Assembly: GCA_950097225.1 (NCBI GenBank)
Contig: CATNCE010000004.1
Span: 2,493 to 66,492 of the forward strand
DNA: 64,000 bases
Reading direction: 5' to 3'
Source: an uncultured Bacilli bacterium
GTDB taxonomy: Bacteria > Bacillota_I > Bacilli_A > RF39 > UBA660
The notes under the pieces were generated by a model. That model searched no databases. It saw only the letters and a program-made list of their open reading frames with translations, and was not told where the DNA came from. Made by a program: the position numbers and the translations under genes. Of the stretch, positions 49,107-59,322 are shown piece by piece. Within the stretch, counting starts at the first letter, position 1. Every line of letters begins with the position of its first letter.

Positions 49107-50462
49107 TTATTTACCTAAACAAAACTTTGAAAATAGTTCATCTAATAATTCATCTTTGTAAGTTACTCCGATGATTTCCCCTAAAGCATCATAAGCTTCT
49201 TTCAAATCCTCAGCTATCATCTCTAGAGGAATTCCATCTTTAGCACCCTGAATACCGTCTTTAATTCTTTCTAAAGAAGCATTTACTAAGGCTATTTGAC
49301 GGGCATTTGAAAGAAAATTATAGTTCTTTTCTTTAATTAAATCAAGTTTAAATAAAGATATAATTTGATTCTTTAAATCTTGTAAGCCATTTGGAGTTAT
49401 TGTATTTCCATAGATAATTGTATTACATTCAATTAAATCAAGATTTATTTTGGAAGGTAAATCATTTTTGTTGATAAATACAATCTTTTGAACATTTTTT
49501 ATGGAAGCTAATAACTCTAGTTCTTCTTTAGTAACTGGTTCATTATTATTTAGAACATATATTACTAAATCAGCATTTTGGAGAATTTCAAGAGATTTGT
49601 TGACTCCAATTTGTTCAACTACATCATTGGTTGAGCGAATTCCAGCAGTATCAATTAGATTTAATTTTATTCCAGCTAAAGTTATAGTGCCTTCGACAAT
49701 ATCGCGAGTTGTTCCAGCAATATCGGTAACTATAGCTTTATTTTCATCTAGTAAATGATTTAATATACTGCTTTTACCTACATTTGGTTTACCTATAATA
49801 GCGACATCTATTCCGTTTTTTATAATTTTCCCATCTTGACTCGTGGCTAACAATTCTTCTAAATTATTTTTAACAGTGCTAAGTTCTTTTAAAACGAGTT
49901 CGTGAGTCATATCGATGTTATCCATTTCTTCTGGATAATCAAAGTTAACAGCTAGTTTAGCTTGAATATTAACAATTATTTGCCTATTATCGATAATTAA
50001 TTTAGATAAGTTGCCTAAAGTACGGTTCATAGCGTATTTTCTTTCCAAGTCAGTTTCCGCGGATATTAAATCGTTTACACCTTCTGCTTGAGTAAGATCT
50101 ATTCGTCCATTGAGATAAGCTTTTTTAGTGAACTCCCCTGCCCCTGCTAGACGAATTCCTTTTTGAATTAATAATTCTAATATTTTATTAGTTGTGGAAA
50201 TACCTCCATGACAATTTATTTCAACGACGTCTTCTTTGGTAAAGGTTTTAGGAGCTCGCATGATAGTTACTAGTACTTCATCAATTATTTCATTATTATC
50301 AACTATATGCCCATAATTTATGGTGTGTGTGGCTACACTGGTTAGGTCAGCTCCTTTAAATAGGCCATTAACTATGTTTATAACATCAGGTCCCGATGCA
50401 CGGACAATTGATATTGCCCCTACTCCTAGAGACGTAGATATTGCACAAATATTTTCATTCAT
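49107..50462 (-). CDS. mnmE: tRNA modification GTPase MnmE (TrmE)
   Basis: G-domain GKPNVGKSS, DTAGIR, NKND. C-terminal CLGK. Confidence 0.95.
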   Translation of the reverse strand: MNENICAISTSLGVGAISIVRASGPDVINIVNGLFKGADLTSVATHTINYGHIVDNNEIIDEVLVTIMRAPKTFTKEDVVEINCHGGISTTNKILELLIQKGIRLAGAGEFTKKAYLNGRIDLTQAEGVNDLISAETDLERKYAMNRTLGNLSKLIIDNRQIIVNIQAKLAVNFDYPEEMDNIDMTHELVLKELSTVKNNLEELLATSQDGKIIKNGIDVAIIGKPNVGKSSILNHLLDENKAIVTDIAGTTRDIVEGTITLAGIKLNLIDTAGIRSTNDVVEQIGVNKSLEILQNADLVIYVLNNNEPVTKEELELLASIKNVQKIVFINKNDLPSKINLDLIECNTIIYGNTITPNGLQDLKNQIISLFKLDLIKEKNYNFLSNARQIALVNASLERIKDGIQGAKDGIPLEMIAEDLKEAYDALGEIIGVTYKDELLDELFSKFCLGK

Positions 50463-50592
50463 AGTTTTTCCTCCTAATGTTGTATTATAACATACAAAAA
50501 ATAATAGATACTATAAAATTAGTTTATTATAATAAGAAGTATTATTCAATTATATTTAATTTATTTTACATAATAAAAAGAGGTTTATTTAT

Positions 50593-51204
50593 TTAGTCCT
50601 CTTTTGGTTTTATAACGATATGACGATTAGGTTCTTCCCCAATACTTTCAGTATAAACACTTGGATTATCAGTTAGAATATTATGAACGATACGACGCTC
50701 ATAGGAATTCATGTTTTCTAGTTCAACCGCATTTTTGGTACTAGCGACCTCTTTGGCAATGTTTTTTGCTAAGCGTTCAAGATATTTTTCTTTTTTCTCT
50801 TTGTAGTCTTCAACGTCTAATATAACATATGGATAACTATTAATCTGATTGTATACTAATTGTTTAACAACAGTCGTAAGTGCTTGGAGCGTTTGCCCTG
50901 ATTTACCAATTAGAATCTTATTGTTATCAGAATACATTTTAATTGTTATTTGTTTTTCGCGGATTTTTGATTCAAATGTTACTTCTAGGCCCATATCTGC
51001 AGTAAGAGATTTTAAATACTCTTTGATATATTCAGTTATATCGGCATACGTGCTGATGTGAATACTAACACTTTCCTTCTTTAAAAGGCCAGTTTTAGTT
51101 TTGGTAGTATAATACACGATATCATCTAGGGTAAGATTTTTTTCCTGTAATATACTTTCTAATAATTCTTGTTCGTCTTTTCCTTCAAATACTTCTATTT
51201 TCAT
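50593..51204 (-). CDS. jag: Jag/KhpB KH-R3H RNA-binding protein
   Basis: Jag_N, KH (LIGKSGQTLQAL) and R3H (ERRIVHNIL) regions. Conserved position after yidC. Confidence 0.88.
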   Translation of the reverse strand: MKIEVFEGKDEQELLESILQEKNLTLDDIVYYTTKTKTGLLKKESVSIHISTYADITEYIKEYLKSLTADMGLEVTFESKIREKQITIKMYSDNNKILIGKSGQTLQALTTVVKQLVYNQINSYPYVILDVEDYKEKKEKYLERLAKNIAKEVASTKNAVELENMNSYERRIVHNILTDNPSVYTESIGEEPNRHIVIKPKED

Positions 51205-51206
51205 AA

Positions 51207-52136
51207 CTATCCTCGTTTCTTCATAATCGCCATTTGCACGACCGTAAATGCATTTGTAACTACCCAGTAAAGCGCTATTGCGGATGGCAATTGGAATGAT
51301 GCTATACCGATAAATACGGTCATAAATATAAGCATAAACTTGGTTTGCTTAACTTGTTCTGGTGAACTACTCATAGTAGCCATACTATGTTTAAACGATA
51401 AAGCTGTGAATATTAGTATTAAAATTATAAGAATGGCGTAATAGTAATTTCCTTGCTTTAACCCAACAAATGGTGTTGTTCCTAGTTGGAAACGCCAGAA
51501 ATAGTTTTCGAAAATCGCTGGGACGCGATTAATAGCCTCTAGGAATGCAAAGAACAGTGGCAATTGGATGAAAGCAACAAGACAACTACTCATAGGATTA
51601 ATATTGTATTTTTGATATATTGCTAGAGTTTCTTGACTCTTTTTCATCATCGATTCTTGATCGTTCTTATTAGCGTATTTTTTCTCGATGCGTTCCATTT
51701 CAGGTTGAATTAATTTCATTGCCTCTTGCTGACGAGAAGTTTTAGCAGATAATGGCAAGATTATTATTTTTATTAGCAAGCCGATTAGCATTACCGATAA
51801 ACCATAATTGCCAAGCCACTTCCCTACTTGAATGATGGCATATGCTAGTGGTCTTACGAATAAGCCAACCCATAAACCATTGTAGGATTTCTTCTCATAA
51901 ATTTTCATGTTGGTACATTTTGGTAAGTCATTTAATTTAACACTTAAATTCTTTTCATACTTTTGATATTCAGCTAATAAACTTTCGTCTTCGGGAAGAC
52001 AAAGAATATTAGCAGTTAAATTTTGCCCTGTTTTTTCGTTTACAACAGTTTTTTTATTATCATCTACTAAAGTTTTAGTACATCCTGTTAATGTTAATAA
52101 AATAATGGCAAATACTACTACTAGTTTCTTTTTCAT
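51207..52136 (-). CDS. yidC: YidC/OxaA/SpoIIIJ membrane insertase (lipoprotein type)
   Basis: Lipobox LTGC, and a 60-kDa-IMP core with five TM helices. Confidence 0.92.
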   Translation of the reverse strand: MKKKLVVVFAIILLTLTGCTKTLVDDNKKTVVNEKTGQNLTANILCLPEDESLLAEYQKYEKNLSVKLNDLPKCTNMKIYEKKSYNGLWVGLFVRPLAYAIIQVGKWLGNYGLSVMLIGLLIKIIILPLSAKTSRQQEAMKLIQPEMERIEKKYANKNDQESMMKKSQETLAIYQKYNINPMSSCLVAFIQLPLFFAFLEAINRVPAIFENYFWRFQLGTTPFVGLKQGNYYYAILIILILIFTALSFKHSMATMSSSPEQVKQTKFMLIFMTVFIGIASFQLPSAIALYWVVTNAFTVVQMAIMKKRG

Positions 52137-52474
52137 ATTTTCACCTTTTTTTCCATTAAGTTTATTAGCTCTAGTTCTAATTCTTGATAACTAGCGCTTA
52201 ATGAACTTGTTTTTACTATTATAATATAATCTTGGTGATTTGAAAATAACTTTTTATTGGTTGTTAATAACATTCGCATTTGGCGTTTTAATTTATTTCG
52301 AGTAACAGCATTTCCAACTTTTTTCCCTACAGCAACGCCAAAACGTGGATGTGCGAAAGTACTTTCCTTATTATATATAACAAAATATTTATTTTTTTTA
52401 TATCTTCCTGTGGCAATGATGTCATCAAATTCTTTATGTTCCTTAACTATTTCATATTTTTTCATATGCTTCAC
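52133..52474 (-). CDS. rnpA: RNase P protein component
   Basis: GVAVGKKVGNAVTRNKLKRQMR signature. Overlaps the yidC start. Confidence 0.92.
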   Translation of the reverse strand: MKHMKKYEIVKEHKEFDDIIATGRYKKNKYFVIYNKESTFAHPRFGVAVGKKVGNAVTRNKLKRQMRMLLTTNKKLFSNHQDYIIIVKTSSLSASYQELELELINLMEKKVKI

Positions 52475-52516
52475 CCACTCTTAAAGTAAAAAAACCACGA
52501 ATTTTTGTGGCTTACA

Positions 52517-52639
52517 TTATTTGCAAAGTACCTTGCGTCCTTTAGCTCTTCTGCTTTTTAGAATTTTTGTATTTTTACGTGCAAAGAAACCATGTTTTTT
52601 TGCTTTCTTGCGATTATTTGGTTGATAAGTTCTTTTCAT
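52517..52639 (-). CDS. rpmH: 50S ribosomal protein L34 (below the ORF-track length cutoff)
   Basis: Hand translation of the minus strand gives [53 protein letters not shown] upstream. Confidence 0.9.
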   Translation of the reverse strand: MKRTYQPNNRKKAKKHGFFARKNTKILKSRRAKGRKVLCK

Positions 52640-52747
52640 ATTTGCTCCACCTCCACATCTCTAAAGCAAGGTTATTATATTATATATGAAATTATAAGTC
52701 AACTAAATTCAGTTATTTAGCCCTTTATATTCGCTTATAAAAATTCT

Positions 52748-52980
52748 TGTTGAAAAACATGTACTTATCAACACGATTAGGGATCTTAATACAGTTATCA
52801 ACAGTTTCAACGTTGATTGTTAATAAGTTTTCAAGTACTTTTAATAACTATTTTTTTATTTTGTTGAAAGGGTTGAAAAGTAGGATAAAATACTATATTA
52901 TAGATGACTAAGAGTTGAAAAATATGTTGAAAACGGTGTTGATAAAGATATTTTTGATTTTTTGCTTTACTTTTTCAACT
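52748..52980. promoter_or_regulatory. oriC part 1: DnaA-box cluster upstream of dnaA
   Basis: At least 9 nonamers of the form TT(A/T)TCAACA or close variants, in both orientations. Starts: 52748, 52765, 52795, 52862, 52871, 52913, 52925, 52937, 52972. Confidence 0.8.
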
Positions 52981-53029
52981 AAAAAGTTATAAAATTTAAT
53001 TAGTTATGAGACTAGGACAGGGTGGTTAA

Positions 53030-54379
53030 ATGGACAGAGAGAAATTTTGGAAAAATTGTCTGGATTATATTTATTCAAAAGTATCAACGATTTCATTTAA
53101 TATCTGGTTCAAAGATGCTGAATTAGTAAATATAAATAATGGAAATTTAGTAATTAAAGTTAATTCAACATATATAAAACAACATCTAACTACTTATTAT
53201 GATGATGTCATTGAAGAGGCAATTAATAATGAATCTGATGTGACTTATACTTATGAAATAGTAACGCAGGATGAAATAGTACACGATGAACCAGTAGTTA
53301 TTGAAGAGAGAATTGAGATTCCTAAATATAAAGACAATAATTCGAACTTAAATAAGGCTTATACTTTTGATAATTTTGTAATAGGGGAAACGAATCGTTT
53401 GGCAGCTACTGTAGGACTTTCTGTTGCTGAAGAACCAGGAAAAATATATAATCCATTATTTATATATGGAAAAAGCGGACTTGGGAAAACTCATTTGATG
53501 CATGCAATCGGAAATTTTATCAAGGAAAATTCAAGTAAAACCGTACTTTATATAACTAGTGAAACATTTATTGATGATTTTACGCGTTTATATAAAAAAG
53601 ATGATAGCAAATACGAATTAGAGGAGAATTTTAAGGATAAGTACCGAAATGTCGATGTTTTGATTATTGATGATATTCAATTTTTAGGAGGAGCGACAAA
53701 AACACAAGATGAATTTTTTAATACATTCAATTTTCTTCACGAAGGAAAAAAACAAATAATAATTAGTTCAGATAGATCACCTGATGACTTAAAATTGTTA
53801 GAGGATCGTTTAAAAACGCGTTTTTCCTGGGGGATAACAGTTAACATAACACCGCCAGATTATGAACTGCGATTAAAGATTATAAAAAATAAGATAACAG
53901 GCCACGAAGTTTCGCGATTAATAAAGAATGAGGTTCTTGAGTACATAGCTAATAATTGTGAAAGCGATGTTCGTCATTTAGAGGGTGCTATTAATCGTCT
54001 CTATGCAGTAACAGCAATGTATTCACCAAAGGAAATCAATTTAGAATTTGCCCAAGATGCCTTGCGTGATTATATAGGAAATTCTCTTTATATAACGAAT
54101 AACATCGCCAAAATTCAAAAAGCCGTAGCAGAGTACTTTGACTTAACTGTAGAAAACTTAAAAAGCAAGAAGAGAACAGCTAATATTAATAATGCTCGGC
54201 AAATCGCGATGTATATATGTAAGATGACAACAGAGGAGACAATTGAGCGAATAGGTTTAGAATTTAATCGCGATCATGCGACTGTTATTCATGCTTGTGA
54301 TAAAATTGATGAAGAATATAAGAAAAGTGATGAATTGCGCGAGCAAATTAAAGAGATTAAGAATAAAATTAGTAACTAA
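53030..54379 (+). CDS. dnaA: chromosomal replication initiator DnaA
   Basis: AAA+ motifs GKSGLGKTHLMHAIGN, LIIDDIQFL, and domain IV (RQIAMYICK...DHATVIHA). Confidence 0.97.
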   Translation: MDREKFWKNCLDYIYSKVSTISFNIWFKDAELVNINNGNLVIKVNSTYIKQHLTTYYDDVIEEAINNESDVTYTYEIVTQDEIVHDEPVVIEERIEIPKYKDNNSNLNKAYTFDNFVIGETNRLAATVGLSVAEEPGKIYNPLFIYGKSGLGKTHLMHAIGNFIKENSSKTVLYITSETFIDDFTRLYKKDDSKYELEENFKDKYRNVDVLIIDDIQFLGGATKTQDEFFNTFNFLHEGKKQIIISSDRSPDDLKLLEDRLKTRFSWGITVNITPPDYELRLKIIKNKITGHEVSRLIKNEVLEYIANNCESDVRHLEGAINRLYAVTAMYSPKEINLEFAQDALRDYIGNSLYITNNIAKIQKAVAEYFDLTVENLKSKKRTANINNARQIAMYICKMTTEETIERIGLEFNRDHATVIHACDKIDEEYKKSDELREQIKEIKNKISN

Positions 54380-54459
54380 TGTTAAAAAGTTATGAGTTTT
54401 TAACAACAAAATTTGATAAATAAACAGCTATTTTGCAGAAAAATAGAGGATTAGAAGGG

Positions 54460-54515
54460 TTTTCCACTTTTTCAACCTCTATAATAATACTATTATATAA
54501 AAAATAATAATAAAA
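54460..54515. promoter_or_regulatory. oriC part 2: two DnaA-box-like nonamers followed by a purely A/T run (candidate unwinding element)
   Basis: TTTTCCACT (54460-54468) and TTTTCAACC (54469-54477), then ATAATAATACTATTATATAAAAAATAATAATAAAA. Confidence 0.6.
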
Positions 54516-54530
54516 GAAAGAAGGATTTAT

Positions 54531-55652
54531 ATGAAATTTTCCATAAAGAAAAATATAATATTAGAACAATTAACTAATGTAAGTAAGGCAATATCAACGA
54601 GAAATATTATTCCTATATTGAATGGTATAAAATTTGATCTTAATGATGAAGGTCTTTATTTAACAGCAAGTGATTCTGATTTAACTATTAAGTCATTTAT
54701 TCCTAGTGATAAGATTGAAAGTATTGATATGCAAGGAACAATAATTATTCAGAGTAAATATATATTAGAGATAATTAAAAAATTGCCTAGTGATATTGTT
54801 AATTTTGAAGTTATCGATAGTTTAAAGATATTAATATATACAGAGACTAGCCAATATAATTTAAATTGTTTAAATAGTGGGGATTATCCACAAATTGAAT
54901 TAAAGGAAAGAGAAAACTTTATTACTATAAAAGCTCTTTTCTTGAAGAAAATGATTAAACAGACTATTTTTGCTGTATCAACTCAAGAATCTCGTCCATT
55001 GTTAACGGGAATAAATGTTAAAGTTAATGGGGAGTTATTAGAGTGTGTTGCAACAGATTCATATCGTTTAGCTAAGAAGTCGATTGTATTAGATAAGCCA
55101 TATGATGATGTAGTCGATATCGTTATTCCTGGTAAAAATATTAGTGAACTAGATAAGATAATAACTGATGAGGAAAAAGATGTAGAAATTCATATATTTG
55201 ATAATAAGATAATGTTTAAATATGAGGGGATTTTATTTCAGTCTAATCTTCTTAATGGAAGTTATCCTAATACATCTAATTTTATTCCTGCCGAGTTTGT
55301 ACATATTATATCTGTAAAATTAAATGATTATTTTGCTTGTATTGATGGGGCGTCTCTTTTAACACAAAGTAAAGAGAAAAATATTGTCAAAATGGATGCT
55401 ATTGCCGATGAAATAGTGGTTAGTTCTTATGCATCAGAAATAGGGAAGGCAGAGAATAGAATAAGTGTAGAGCGCAATGTTACTGATGATATATCCATTT
55501 CTTTTAGTGCTAAATATATGATGGATGCTCTTAGAACTTTTGATGAAGAAGATATAATTATATGTATGAATAGTGATTCTAAGCCAATAGTTATTAAGTC
55601 AGCAACAGATGAATCTTTAATTCAACTAGTTTTACCTATAAAAACGTATTAA
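54531..55652 (+). CDS. dnaN: DNA polymerase III beta sliding clamp
   Basis: Full-length DnaN-like sequence in the conserved position after dnaA. Confidence 0.95.
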   Translation: MKFSIKKNIILEQLTNVSKAISTRNIIPILNGIKFDLNDEGLYLTASDSDLTIKSFIPSDKIESIDMQGTIIIQSKYILEIIKKLPSDIVNFEVIDSLKILIYTETSQYNLNCLNSGDYPQIELKERENFITIKALFLKKMIKQTIFAVSTQESRPLLTGINVKVNGELLECVATDSYRLAKKSIVLDKPYDDVVDIVIPGKNISELDKIITDEEKDVEIHIFDNKIMFKYEGILFQSNLLNGSYPNTSNFIPAEFVHIISVKLNDYFACIDGASLLTQSKEKNIVKMDAIADEIVVSSYASEIGKAENRISVERNVTDDISISFSAKYMMDALRTFDEEDIIICMNSDSKPIVIKSATDESLIQLVLPIKTY

Positions 55653-55677
55653 TGAGGAAGAAATTCTTCATTTTTTT
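55652..55677 (+). terminator. intrinsic terminator after dnaN
   Basis: ATGAGGAA-gaaa-TTCTTCAT stem-loop followed by TTTTTT. Confidence 0.65.
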
Positions 55678-55749
55678 ATGTTTTTTCATTATTCGACAAA
55701 TTATTAGAATATTATTTGTTAGGGTAGGACCTCGTTAGGAGGTGAGATT

Positions 55750-56199
55750 ATGAAAAATTATGTTATTAATGCTAATACTTTGGCGATTATTCCCTGTGAT
55801 AATAATATGTCATTAGTTTATGAAGGGGAAAATATGTTTATTATTGATTCTAAGCCCAATAATATCATTAATAAGAATTGTATTCGCAATGGGAGTACAC
55901 TTAATGGAAGACAAAAATCGACGGAGAATATTACAGGAAGTAACTACAAGGTGCCAATTTTGGTTAGTGAAGAGGATAAAATTATCTTTTTCCCAACTTC
56001 TTCGCCCCGCTTAAAAAGTGTTTCATGGCTAAATTTAACTAATATCGATAAGACATATTATAATATAGCTAAAAAGGTTAGTGTTGTGGTTTTTTATAAT
56101 GCGGTTATGATTGAATTAAATGTTTCTTTAAATATAATTAATAACCAAATTCTGAAAGCAACAAGATTAGAACATAATTTGCGCAGAAATCGAGCATAA
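55750..56199 (+). CDS. ComK-family protein (short form)
   Basis: Aligns by eye with B. subtilis ComK, recalled from memory: YVINANTLAIIP / YEVNGATIAVLP; NCIRNGSTLNGRQKS / SCRFFGSSYAGRKAG; KVPILVSEEDKIIFFPTSSP / KPPIMVDPSNQIFLFPTLSS. Confidence 0.7.
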   Translation: MKNYVINANTLAIIPCDNNMSLVYEGENMFIIDSKPNNIINKNCIRNGSTLNGRQKSTENITGSNYKVPILVSEEDKIIFFPTSSPRLKSVSWLNLTNIDKTYYNIAKKVSVVVFYNAVMIELNVSLNIINNQILKATRLEHNLRRNRA

Positions 56200-56309
56200 T
56201 TATAATAATTTTCTTTTTAAAAGTGTCTAATTTATGATATAATTAAGATGTGTATAGGTGTACCTATAAATATGAAAAATCACTTAAATAGCTTTTAAAG
56301 GGGGATATA

Positions 56310-57410
56310 ATGATAATTTTAAATTTAAAATTGTTAAATTTTAGAAATTATGAAAAGTTAGAATTAGAATTTAATCCTTCAAAAAATATTATTATTGGTC
56401 CTAATGGAATGGGAAAGACGAATATTGTTGAAGCAATATATGTTCTGGCCTTTACTAAGTCTTTTCGAGGTTCTAAAGAAGAAGTAATTATTAGAAATAA
56501 TGCTGATTTAACCAGAGTAGAAGGAACAATAAAAGAAAAGTATAAAAATGATTATAAAGTGATTATTAGAAATAATTCTAAGCGAGTAAAAATTAATAAT
56601 ACTAATATTGATAGGTTAACAGACTATTTGTCCAATATTAATATTGTTTTGTTTACAGCAGAAGATTTAAAGTTGATAAAAGATACACCTAATACGAGAA
56701 GAAAGTTAATAAATATTGAATTATCACAATTTTCGAATGATTATTTAAAAATATTGACTTACTATAATAAGGTTTTAAAACAACGTAATTCCTATTTAAA
56801 GACCCTATACCTAAATGGTAATGCTTCGTTGGAATATTTGAGTATACTTACAGATCAATTAATTGAGTTAGGTTTAAAAGTTCATAGTTATCGAGAGGAT
56901 TTTATTAATGATATAAATTCTTATGTTAGGAATAATTATTTGAAGATAGCTGGAAAAGATGGCTTAATTTTAAATTATAAGTCGGATTATACAGGAAAAA
57001 CTAAAGAAGAAATAAAGAAGATGTATGAAAAAGAGAAGGATAGAGACGTTGTCTTAGGAAAAACTAATATCGGTGTTCATCGTGATGATTATGATTTTTG
57101 TCTTAATGATTTTAATTTAAAAGATTATGGATCAGAAGGAGAACAAAAGAATGCCATTATTTCTTTGAAAATGGCGGAAATAGAAATATTTAAGGATAAG
57201 AAGAAGATTACACCTATTTTGATATTAGATGATTTATTTAGTGAGTTGGATGAAGAGAAAATTAATAATATTTTAGAGTTTATAAGTGATGATATTCAAA
57301 CATTTGTAACAACTACTGAATTAGATAAAGTTTCAGATAAGCTTAAAGAAAATAGTAAAGTTATGAGCGTATCAAATGGAACGGTTAAGGAGGAAATATA
57401 TGAAAAATGA
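56310..57410 (+). CDS. recF: DNA replication and repair protein RecF
   Basis: Walker [10 protein letters not shown], signature GSEGEQK, Walker [13 protein letters not shown]. Confidence 0.95.
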   Translation: MIILNLKLLNFRNYEKLELEFNPSKNIIIGPNGMGKTNIVEAIYVLAFTKSFRGSKEEVIIRNNADLTRVEGTIKEKYKNDYKVIIRNNSKRVKINNTNIDRLTDYLSNINIVLFTAEDLKLIKDTPNTRRKLINIELSQFSNDYLKILTYYNKVLKQRNSYLKTLYLNGNASLEYLSILTDQLIELGLKVHSYREDFINDINSYVRNNYLKIAGKDGLILNYKSDYTGKTKEEIKKMYEKEKDRDVVLGKTNIGVHRDDYDFCLNDFNLKDYGSEGEQKNAIISLKMAEIEIFKDKKKITPILILDDLFSELDEEKINNILEFISDDIQTFVTTTELDKVSDKLKENSKVMSVSNGTVKEEIYEK

Positions 57411-59313
57411 TTATAATGATAGTTCTATTCAAGTTCTTGAAGGATTAGAAGCTGTTCGTAAAAGACCAGGGATGTATATTGGAACGACTAGTGAAAGAGG
57501 CTTACATCATTTAGTTTGGGAAATTGTTGATAACTCAGTTGATGAGGCTTTAGCAGGGTATTGTACAGAAATTCAAGTAACAATAGAAAAAGGAAATGTT
57601 ATAAGTGTTCGTGATAATGGACGTGGTATGCCTACAGGAATTAATGAAAAAACAGGGTTATCTACTGTTGAAACTATTTTTACTGTTTTACATGCTGGTG
57701 GTAAATTTGGTGGAGGAGGATATAAGGTATCTGGGGGATTACATGGAGTAGGAGCTTCTGTTGTAAATGCTTTATCTAATTGGTTAGAAGTTAAAGTATA
57801 TCGTGATGGTAAAGTCTATTTTCAACGCTTTGAAAATGGAGGAAAGCCATCGGGAACTTTGGCAGTTTCTGGGGAGACTGATCCTAATAATACGGGGACA
57901 GAAGTTAGATTTAAAGCGGATCCAGAAATATTTAGAGAAACGACTATTTATGATTATGATACTTTAGAACAAAGACTAAGAGAAATAGCTTTTTTAAATA
58001 AAGGGTTAAAGATATCACTTCGTGATGAGCGTGATGATGAGAAAAATGCTACTTATCATTATTTAGGTGGAATTATTGAGTATGTTGAACTTTTGAATAA
58101 AAATAAGACACCATTACACCAAAATGTTATTTATGTTGAAGGTGTACAAGATGGTATCGTTGTTGAAGTGGCTATGCAATATAATGATGGGTATAATGCT
58201 AATATATATTCATTTACAAATAATATTCATACTATTGAAGGTGGAACTCATGAAGATGGAGTTAAAGTAGCTTTAACAAGAGTTATTAATAATTATGCAA
58301 AGGCAAATAAAATATTAAAAGATAATGATGAGGCATTAACTGGAGAAGATGTTAGGGAAGGTATTACAATGATTGTTTCTTGTAAGCATCCTAATCCTCA
58401 GTTTGAAGGACAAACTAAAACGAAACTTGGTAATAGTGAAGTAAGAAAGATAGCCTCAGATTTATTTGCTGAGGGATTTGATAGATTTTTAATGGAAAAT
58501 CCAACTGAGGCACGAATGATTGTTGAAAAGTGTAGTACGGCAGCAAGAGCACGTATGGCAGCTAAGAAGGCAAGGGAACTTACTCGACGTAAGGGTGGAT
58601 TAGATATTATTAATAATATGAAGAAACTTACGGATTGTAAGAGTAAAGATCCTAGTGAGTGTGAGATATTTATTGTCGAGGGAGATTCAGCTGGGGGATC
58701 AGCTAAAGATGGTAGAGATTATATGACACAAGCAATTCTTCCTTTACGTGGTAAAATATTAAATGTTGAAAAAGCTCGTTTAGATAAGGCACTTGCTAAT
58801 GAAGAAATTAGAAGTATGATAACAGCTTTTGGAACGGGGATTGGGGAAGAATTTGATATTAGTAAATTAAGATATCATAAAATTATTATTATGACAGATG
58901 CTGATGTTGATGGAGCGCATATAAGAACCCTTTTATTGACTTTATTTTATAGATTCTTTAGACCAGTTGTAGAAGGTGGATATGTTTATGCGGCTACTCC
59001 TCCTTTATATAATATTATTTATGGAAAAAATCAGAAATTAGCTATGTCAGAAGAAGAGTTACAAGAGATATTGAGTTCTATTCCTGAGAATACTAAAAGG
59101 GAAATTAGAAGATTTAAGGGTTTAGGAGAGATGGATGCAATTGAGTTAAGAGAAACTACTATGAGTCCTGAACATCGTACTTTAAAACAAATTACAGTAG
59201 AAGATGCTATGGCAGCAGATGCGGCATTTGAGTTATTAATGAGTGATAATGTTGAACCTAGAAGAGATTTTATTATAGAGAATGCACATTATGTTGAAAA
59301 CTTGGATGTATAG
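57400..59313 (+). CDS. gyrB: DNA gyrase subunit B
   Basis: [23 protein letters not shown] ATPase and Toprim (EGDSAGGS) motifs. Start chosen at MKNDYN. Overlaps the recF end by 11 nt. Confidence 0.95.
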   Translation: MKNDYNDSSIQVLEGLEAVRKRPGMYIGTTSERGLHHLVWEIVDNSVDEALAGYCTEIQVTIEKGNVISVRDNGRGMPTGINEKTGLSTVETIFTVLHAGGKFGGGGYKVSGGLHGVGASVVNALSNWLEVKVYRDGKVYFQRFENGGKPSGTLAVSGETDPNNTGTEVRFKADPEIFRETTIYDYDTLEQRLREIAFLNKGLKISLRDERDDEKNATYHYLGGIIEYVELLNKNKTPLHQNVIYVEGVQDGIVVEVAMQYNDGYNANIYSFTNNIHTIEGGTHEDGVKVALTRVINNYAKANKILKDNDEALTGEDVREGITMIVSCKHPNPQFEGQTKTKLGNSEVRKIASDLFAEGFDRFLMENPTEARMIVEKCSTAARARMAAKKARELTRRKGGLDIINNMKKLTDCKSKDPSECEIFIVEGDSAGGSAKDGRDYMTQAILPLRGKILNVEKARLDKALANEEIRSMITAFGTGIGEEFDISKLRYHKIIIMTDADVDGAHIRTLLLTLFYRFFRPVVEGGYVYAATPPLYNIIYGKNQKLAMSEEELQEILSSIPENTKREIRRFKGLGEMDAIELRETTMSPEHRTLKQITVEDAMAADAAFELLMSDNVEPRRDFIIENAHYVENLDV

Positions 59314-59322
59314 GAGGTAAGT

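Noticed and set aside
56253-56270. Short inverted repeat TATAGGT-gt-ACCTATA upstream of recF as an operator
   Set aside because: It has only 7-bp arms, no second copy, and no associated regulator. It cannot be distinguished from chance in this composition.
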